DNA of 64,000 bases, taken from contig URIT01000002.1 of the NCBI GenBank assembly GCA_900547945.1, positions 28,503-92,502 on the forward strand. The letters are read 5' to 3'. Origin of the DNA: an uncultured bacterium. Lineage in GTDB: Bacteria; Verrucomicrobiota; Kiritimatiellia; RFP12; UBA1067. How positions within the stretch are numbered: the first letter of the stretch is position 1; every line of letters starts with the position of its first letter. Position numbers and translations under genes: made by a program. The notes under the pieces were generated by a model. That model saw only the letters and a list, made by a program, of their open reading frames with translations, ran no database searches and had not been told where the DNA came from. Positions 59,501 to 64,000 of this stretch are shown piece by piece.

Positions 59501-60560
59501 AAAACCTTTCAGGAAAATCACCATGAACGACAAAGTATCTGCCAGAAGTAAACACTTCACAATCGCTGGGGCAGTGGGCAATCCGCCGTATCAGGAGATT
59601 AAAGGAGAGGAGAAACTAGGTTTTGCCTCTGCAATTTATCCATACTTTATGAATGCCGCTTTTGATTTGTCGGAAGGGCATACTTCAATGATTGTTCCAA
59701 GTCGATGGATTATGAAGACCGGGCAGGGCATCAATGAGGCTTGGGCAGATGCTCTAATTCGGTCGAACCGCTTTCTATCGGTACACGATTTCCATGACGC
59801 GAAGAGTTGTTTTCCCGGAGTTGAGATCAAAGGCGGCGTGATGTATTTTGATTACAAGAAAGACTATGAGGGTAAATGTAGTTATGTTAATAACGTAGGA
59901 GAGCGTTCGACTGAGACTTTTGACTTTATTGACGCGATGGGATGTGGGGTAGTAATTCGAGATGAAATAGCGAGGTCAATATTGGGTAAAGTAGTATCGT
60001 TGGAAGGTGAATACTTTAGGGACGAATCATTTGCGAAATACGTTGGACCCACTCATTTGTTTGACAAGGGTGGGCAACTTGGCTCTAGTTGGTCAGGTTT
60101 TCAGAAGAAAAAGGATTCACAACATAGCATTAAGTATTATCTCAACAAGCGGGTAGTGGAATGTGGCTTCGCTTGGATTAAGCCGACAGATGTGCCAAAA
60201 GGCCATGATTCTATTCCAGTACATAAGGTATACGTGCCTGAAGCCTATGGTGCAGGAGAGGGATTCCCGCATCAAATCCTCGGTGTCCCATTTTATGGCG
60301 AACCAAATAGTGTCTGCTCTCAGACGTATCTTTGTATAGGTTATGATCCATCGGTTAGAAAGTTTTCTAAGGAAGAGTGTAAAAATATTGTATCTTACAT
60401 CAAGACGAGATTTCTTCGTTATCTTGTTTCCTTTTCGTTATCTTGTTTCCTTGAAGAAGAACACCCAACATTCTTTTGCTGCGGTATATCAATTCGTCCC
60501 CTTGCAAGACTTCACATCTGCATCCGATATCGACTGGTCGCGTCCAGTCCCCGAAATTGA
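56511..60560 (+). CDS. T5orf172 (GIY-YIG-like) / SF2 helicase / Eco57I-type N6-adenine methyltransferase fusion, C-terminus frameshifted by a 19-bp duplication
   Basis: N-terminus PRIYAFTTNTVPNYLKVGDTYRPVDARLDEW...NEFFEG (T5orf172 pattern). Helicase motifs MRFGKSFT, LLIVDETHYG, HLSGTPY, LTGSTVPEWDT, QAIFRLQN. MTase motifs GVSEIMTPEKIADDMV, ILDIASKAGEF, GNPPYQ (59577-59594). The last 36 codons are out-of-frame junk. Confidence 0.8.
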   Translation: MTDTAILEELIVGRVEPRIYAFTTNTVPNYLKVGDTYRPVDARLDEWREHFPHLKREFDDSAKIGDVFFRDYSVHVYLEETAKRPRLAKGRFPDVYYSNEFFEGATKGDVMAAIGDIRHDFETKGQRYQFYSVAEGLPTGVKFPSTGMWTLRPNQDAAVRRFQAAIAAGRKNLLMYAVMRFGKSFTSMCCAKTMNDGNGANIVLVLSAKADVCGEWKKTVESAENFRNDYEFLSGKDLKANDRIVSDLRRKGKKVVIFLTLQDLQTTTIKKRHRDLFNRKIDLLIVDETHYGARAGKYGEILRKTKGYMADKSSGKDGEDSKNAENMDAAIKAFKVNVTLHLSGTPYRILMGSEFDKKDIIAFCPFTDIANEQKKWNDEHILDDQYREWDNPYFGFPEMIRFAFHPSRSARMRLEALRKGGATYAFSAFFAPESIVPQADGSHRRFKFEKEIRELFQVIDGSKEDDELLGFLDYDKVKNGMMCRHLVCVLPYCASCDALAALIARESKNGAFKNLAEYQIINIAGHDMPPEYANVEEVKKTIRECEQESKKTLTLTVNRMLTGSTVPEWDTMLYFKDTSSPQEYDQAIFRLQNQFVTEMKTALPNGREDVIKFNKKPQTILVDFDPARLFEMQEEKSKIYNANENKAGNTKLKARISAELAVSPIVCVTAGKIRRVDAEDVMKAVSDYSRNRGVTDEAAKMPVDVAAAAKSKELLAAIMKESPLGSKDGLTLDPHKGEGEDLEDMAATIKKAANGAAPTGNATPTTSDEKKALAEFEDKFRAYYARLLFFAFLTKSKVCSVEDIIACMDEGDNARIATNLEITKPALKAIQKHFNKFILSEWDYKIDNLNTLSRDESLAPLERAQTAIRKFDRLGVSEIMTPEKIADDMVALFPAAELKRIAQSGEKILDIASKAGEFAIALYKRYKKIDPNIDVSNLILSISTSSHAYEFTRNVYAALGLNLDNIAEKFTSYDLLKVKTADGEIDYERIKLLLTQKKPFRKITMNDKVSARSKHFTIAGAVGNPPYQEIKGEEKLGFASAIYPYFMNAAFDLSEGHTSMIVPSRWIMKTGQGINEAWADALIRSNRFLSVHDFHDAKSCFPGVEIKGGVMYFDYKKDYEGKCSYVNNVGERSTETFDFIDAMGCGVVIRDEIARSILGKVVSLEGEYFRDESFAKYVGPTHLFDKGGQLGSSWSGFQKKKDSQHSIKYYLNKRVVECGFAWIKPTDVPKGHDSIPVHKVYVPEAYGAGEGFPHQILGVPFYGEPNSVCSQTYLCIGYDPSVRKFSKEECKNIVSYIKTRFLRYLVSFSLSCFLEEEHPTFFCCGISIRPLARLHICIRYRLVASSPRN
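60415..60452. repeat. Perfect 19-bp tandem duplication TTCGTTATCTTGTTTCCTT x2 inside the helicase-methyltransferase gene
   Basis: 60415-60433 and 60434-60452 are identical. Removing one copy joins frame 0 to the frame of ORF 60343..60639. Confidence 0.95.
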
Positions 60561-60639
60561 AGCACAGTTGTACGCGAAATACGGCATTACCACGTCCGAG
60601 CAGAAGTTCATCGAATCCCTCATCAAGCCGATGGAGTGA
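60453..60639 (+). pseudogene. Displaced authentic C-terminal tail of the helicase-methyltransferase (now in +1 frame)
   Basis: LKKNTQHSFAAVYQFVPLQDFTSASDIDWSRPVPEIEAQLYAKYGITTSEQKFIESLIKPME resembles the conserved tail of Eco57I-type methylase-domain proteins. Confidence 0.8.
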
Positions 60640-60650
60640 GGAGCCTTCAA

Positions 60651-61754
60651 ATGATTATTGGTGAAGCACGAGAGAAGAAGCCGAAAAATAGTACCGTTGT
60701 CACATTTCTCATCGGAAATGGTTTCGATATTGGGCTTGGTTTAAAAACCCGATATGCCGACTTTGTAGCTACATATTTAAAGTGCCCCTCGAAAACAGAG
60801 GTTATAGTCAAACTGAAAAAGGCGATCAATCAGAATATCGACCTTTGGGGAGATGCGGAATTGGCATTCGGGAAACTGCCGTTTTCAACTTTTGGCAAAG
60901 AATCTTATCCTGTTGTTAAAGAATGTGTAACGGATTTTAGTGACACACTTTCTGTATATCTTCAAAATGAGGAACGGCGCTTTCAAGTTCCTGCTGACGA
61001 GCTTAAGGTCGCTTTCGGTACTTTATTGTGTTCGTATTATCAAAGGCTTGGGGCGTACCCTAAACGTAATGAGTTAAAGCGCTTGAAGCGATTCAATCGG
61101 CTGAAGGTTAATGTGATTAACTTTAATTACACAGAGACAATCGACAAGATGTTGCCTCCATCTGGGACTATGACTTTGCCTGGGTGGGGAAAGGTAGATG
61201 TCCAGATCAATGAGGTGTGTCATATTCATGGGGCACTTTCTGTTGGGACATCCAGATCATTTGGGGTAAATATGTTGTCGCAAATAGAGGACGCTAAACT
61301 TATTCCCGAAGCAAGAATGTTGCTTGTTAAACCAGATGTTGATCGTATGGCGCGTTGGGGGTTAGAGCCAATGGCTAAAGAGATGATAGACGAGAGCGAC
61401 ACTGTTGTCCTGTTTGGTTTGTCATTAGGAAGTACTGACCAACTTTGGTGGAACTACTTGCTGGATTATATCCAATACAAGACGGAGCATAGACTTTGTT
61501 TAATGCAATATGTAAAGGAGGCACGTGGCACACGATTGCCTGGCGAAGAAGGATTGTGGGCGCAAAAAGAATGCCGAAAGTTCTATAACGCAGTAGACAC
61601 AGAGAAGATGAAATATGGCAACACTACCGACTTGGATCGACGAATCGATGTTTCTATACGTGGCCCACAGCTTGATCCCGATGGGCATGAAACATTTTGC
61701 GATCCATTTCAACTGTTTTGGTTTGGCAAGAAATTGGTTGTTGATGGATCGTAA
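60651..61754 (+). CDS. AbiH-like abortive-infection protein
   Basis: VTFLIGNGFDIGLGLKTRYADF, VINFNYTETI, VCHIHGAL, VVLFGLSLGSTDQLWWNYL follow the AbiH (PF14253) signature order. GAGGAG lies 7 nt upstream of the ATG. Confidence 0.85.
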   Translation: MIIGEAREKKPKNSTVVTFLIGNGFDIGLGLKTRYADFVATYLKCPSKTEVIVKLKKAINQNIDLWGDAELAFGKLPFSTFGKESYPVVKECVTDFSDTLSVYLQNEERRFQVPADELKVAFGTLLCSYYQRLGAYPKRNELKRLKRFNRLKVNVINFNYTETIDKMLPPSGTMTLPGWGKVDVQINEVCHIHGALSVGTSRSFGVNMLSQIEDAKLIPEARMLLVKPDVDRMARWGLEPMAKEMIDESDTVVLFGLSLGSTDQLWWNYLLDYIQYKTEHRLCLMQYVKEARGTRLPGEEGLWAQKECRKFYNAVDTEKMKYGNTTDLDRRIDVSIRGPQLDPDGHETFCDPFQLFWFGKKLVVDGS

Positions 61755-61826
61755 CCATCGGTCTTTTAATAACCGAATAGAAATTAATCTAATTCATGAT
61801 TAGGACAACGCAGAAAGGAGCAAACA

Positions 61827-62006
61827 ATGGATAACTCAATAGTTAATGATGTAGTTAAGGCATTGATTTCATTTTTCCTTGGCGGAGGAGTGGGCTGCTT
61901 GATAGGTATCAAAATTGGTGTCAATAAGACAATTAAGCAACATCAAAAAAGTGGCGATCATTCAACCCTGGCGCAAATTGGAGTTGTTGAAAATGGGGAA
62001 CATTAA
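61827..62006 (+). CDS. 59-aa ORF with one TM helix; probably the detached N-terminus of the following gene
   Basis: AAAGGAG 6 nt upstream. MDNSIVNDVVKALISFFLGGGVGCLIGIKIGVNKTIKQHQKSGDHSTLAQIGVVENGEH. Below the 60-aa cutoff of the ORF track. Confidence 0.45.
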   Translation: MDNSIVNDVVKALISFFLGGGVGCLIGIKIGVNKTIKQHQKSGDHSTLAQIGVVENGEH

Positions 62007-63120
62007 GCAAGTTCAAAAAGCAGGAGATGGGTCTTCTGTTGCTCAAATTGGGATGATTAACAACTATGGTATTGATGAAAAGCGAGTCCGTGAAATATGC
62101 GACGAGAAGATCCAATATGCAATTCATGATCTAACATCAGAAGCCTGTACTAAAGCAACTCAAAAAGTTTATGATTTCATAACACTTCTTCTCGCGAAGA
62201 TTTCAGAGCGGAAGATGGATTTGTCCGCATTCGCGGAGCCAAGCTTTCAAAGAGAGTTGATAAAGGCACAGACATTTTCAGCAGTATCAGACCGCAAAAC
62301 GGATGTAGAAATGCTCTCGGAATTATTGTTAGCGCGAATGAATGGTAAGTTGAAGCGCAAGACCAAGACTGGTATTAGTCGTGCAATGGAGGTCGTTGCA
62401 GAACTTGACGATGATGAGCTACTTGGCCTTACAGTTGTTTTCTTAGTTCTATCAACATCTCCTACTGCCCAGCTAGGAGCCGAATCATGTTTGGGATTAG
62501 ATGCCCTAGAACGGGTTTTCTCTAAGTTTCCTCTTGATGAACTTCCAAATGTGACAGCGTGGATTGAAAATCTGAATATCTTAGATGCCGTCATAATAAG
62601 CCCATTTGGTGGCTTCTCTAAGTTCCATGATATTCTTGAGTCAAAAATGAGTGGTTATGTTTGCGTTGGAATAGGGAAAGATGCTCCAGAACTATTGAAA
62701 GCAAAGTCTTTGTTGCGAACAGCTTTGCTGTCGGATTCGTTTTTGTGTGAAAATGAGTTTCTTGAAGGGTATTATCGATTACCTGTTGTTAATATTTCAG
62801 ATGTTAGGACATTGTCTTTGCACAAAATGTTTCAGGATTCATCCACAGGAAAAATAATTAATATCCCAGTGCCCATGACGGAAGATGTTATTAGAACGTT
62901 GTCAGATATTTCCGCATTGTATAATAAGGATGCTAAATTGATGTCTGAAGTGAAACAAAAATTTGAAGCAAAGTTAAAGGCTTATCCTACATTGTATAAG
63001 GTGCAACAATGGTTTGATAATTTGAAGATGTCGTTTAATATTACAAAGGTAGGAAAGGCGCTGGCGTATGTAAACGGAAAACGATATGCACCAGAATTGC
63101 CAGAACTGTCGTTGGAGTAA
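61993..63120 (+). CDS. Hypothetical protein (375 aa from the internal ATG), family not recognised
   Basis: MGNIKQVQKAGDGSSVAQIGMINNYG... repeats the motif that ends the preceding small ORF. A+T-rich, coding-like. Confidence 0.6.
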   Translation: MGNIKQVQKAGDGSSVAQIGMINNYGIDEKRVREICDEKIQYAIHDLTSEACTKATQKVYDFITLLLAKISERKMDLSAFAEPSFQRELIKAQTFSAVSDRKTDVEMLSELLLARMNGKLKRKTKTGISRAMEVVAELDDDELLGLTVVFLVLSTSPTAQLGAESCLGLDALERVFSKFPLDELPNVTAWIENLNILDAVIISPFGGFSKFHDILESKMSGYVCVGIGKDAPELLKAKSLLRTALLSDSFLCENEFLEGYYRLPVVNISDVRTLSLHKMFQDSSTGKIINIPVPMTEDVIRTLSDISALYNKDAKLMSEVKQKFEAKLKAYPTLYKVQQWFDNLKMSFNITKVGKALAYVNGKRYAPELPELSLE

Positions 63121-63418
63121 GACGATTTGTTGGGTATGACATTCTAAATAAGACATTGATAATTGTAAGCGATGGGAGGCTCATTTCTGGTGTTTTGTGT
63201 ATAGGTGGCGTGCGAAGGCCCGGTGGGCACGTTGGCTTTGCAGAAGGTGGGGTGGGGGAGTCCGCTCTTCTTGCGCGAGGATGAGGCATGTCGAAAGGAA
63301 TGATAATGAATAAAGGCACACAGATGATAGAGTTCTGGCAGCTGTGGCGTGACGGTTGCTTGAAATAGATTTACAAAGCTCATGAATTCATGATCCGACT
63401 AACAGAGTGAGACGAGAA

Positions 63419-64000
63419 ATGAAAAGTCGTAAGGTGAACCCAGGTAACGAGAAGTCAATTCCCGGAATAGCAGATGAAATGGCACGCACGGCGGTCAAGT
63501 CCTTGTGCAAGGACGGGAAGCTGACGCCGCAGGGGCGGAGTCTTGCGAAGTTAATGGATCGGATAATGCCCGCTGAGAAGGTGGATGAGTGGGGCTGGAA
63601 TCTCTCGCGCAAGGAACGGGCGGCGATCAAGCGGCGGGCGGCGGAGAAAAGGGCGGCGGATGAGGCGCGGCGAGCCGAGGCGCGCGCCCGCGCAGCGTAC
63701 AGGCGGCGGCTCAAGGCGCTCGAGAATGATGGTGAAATCAATGGCCACATTCAGATGAAATGGGCGTTTATGGAGACTTTCAGGGAATTGAAGCGGCGTG
63801 GTTTTTCAATCCGGCGGATGAATGCGATGAGACGCGCCGTCGAGGCGCGGATTTGCGAGTGGGACGGGCTTTGCCATAGGGACTATGTGGAATATTTTGT
63901 TTACGACTATTACCGCGAATGCGGGAAGCTGTTTGTTGAACTGTTCCCCAAAGAAAAGAAGGCAAAGGCAAGAAGGATGTGGGCACACGCATTGGAACCA
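63419..64000 (+). CDS. Hypothetical protein, 5' part only (open to the right edge)
   Basis: Own translation from ATG 63419 has no stop for 194 codons: MKSRKVNPGNEKSIPGIADEMARTAVKSLCKDGKLTPQGRSLAKLMDRIM...RRAAEKRAADEARRAEARARAAYRRRLKALEN... Not in the track because it is unterminated. Confidence 0.5.
   Translation, partial: MKSRKVNPGNEKSIPGIADEMARTAVKSLCKDGKLTPQGRSLAKLMDRIMPAEKVDEWGWNLSRKERAAIKRRAAEKRAADEARRAEARARAAYRRRLKALENDGEINGHIQMKWAFMETFRELKRRGFSIRRMNAMRRAVEARICEWDGLCHRDYVEYFVYDYYRECGKLFVELFPKEKKAKARRMWAHALEP

Overview
High-G+C bacterial chromosome segment. The gene content suggests a PVC-type organism (ECF sigma paired with a Ser/Thr kinase, a prenyltransferase-repeat protein, many signal-peptide proteins), but taxonomy cannot be settled from this window. 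About 1-37.9 kb is core genome, mostly on the minus strand: ribD (partial), nusB, apt, two NCS2 nucleobase permeases, a sigma-less partner-switching module, upp, a porin-like protein, clpB, pyrC, a purine nucleoside phosphorylase, a dsbD-like gene, dnaB, potABCD, secA, tyrS, glgA, argD, argB and tRNA-Thr(TGT). A family of G+C-rich palindromic REP/MITE-like repeats and short 7-8 bp tandem arrays fills several intergenic regions. About 38-44.5 kb is accessory DNA at host-like composition. It holds a nitroreductase, DUF1653, a truncated nucleotidyltransferase, a LemA plus large membrane protein pair, an IS30-type transposase remnant, and an ECF sigma / Ser-Thr kinase pair. From about 44.5 kb to at least 63.4 kb the DNA is visibly more A+T-rich and looks horizontally acquired. 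It contains (i) a co-directional cluster of small P-loop protein, secreted protein, AIM24 protein and ankyrin lipoprotein; (ii) a CD225/dispanin, lipoprotein and DUF3298 cluster; and (iii) a decaying defence locus. The defence locus comprises a methyltransferase-fold protein lacking the catalytic motif, a roughly 1370-aa T5orf172(GIY-YIG-like)/SF2-helicase/N6-adenine-methyltransferase fusion broken by a perfect 19-bp tandem duplication, an AbiH-like gene, and a membrane-anchored protein split by a 1-nt G-run frameshift. A conserved 35-nt motif with ECF-promoter geometry precedes clusters (i) and (ii), next to the ECF sigma gene. All assignments come from reading the translated ORFs and the DNA by eye. 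No database search was run.
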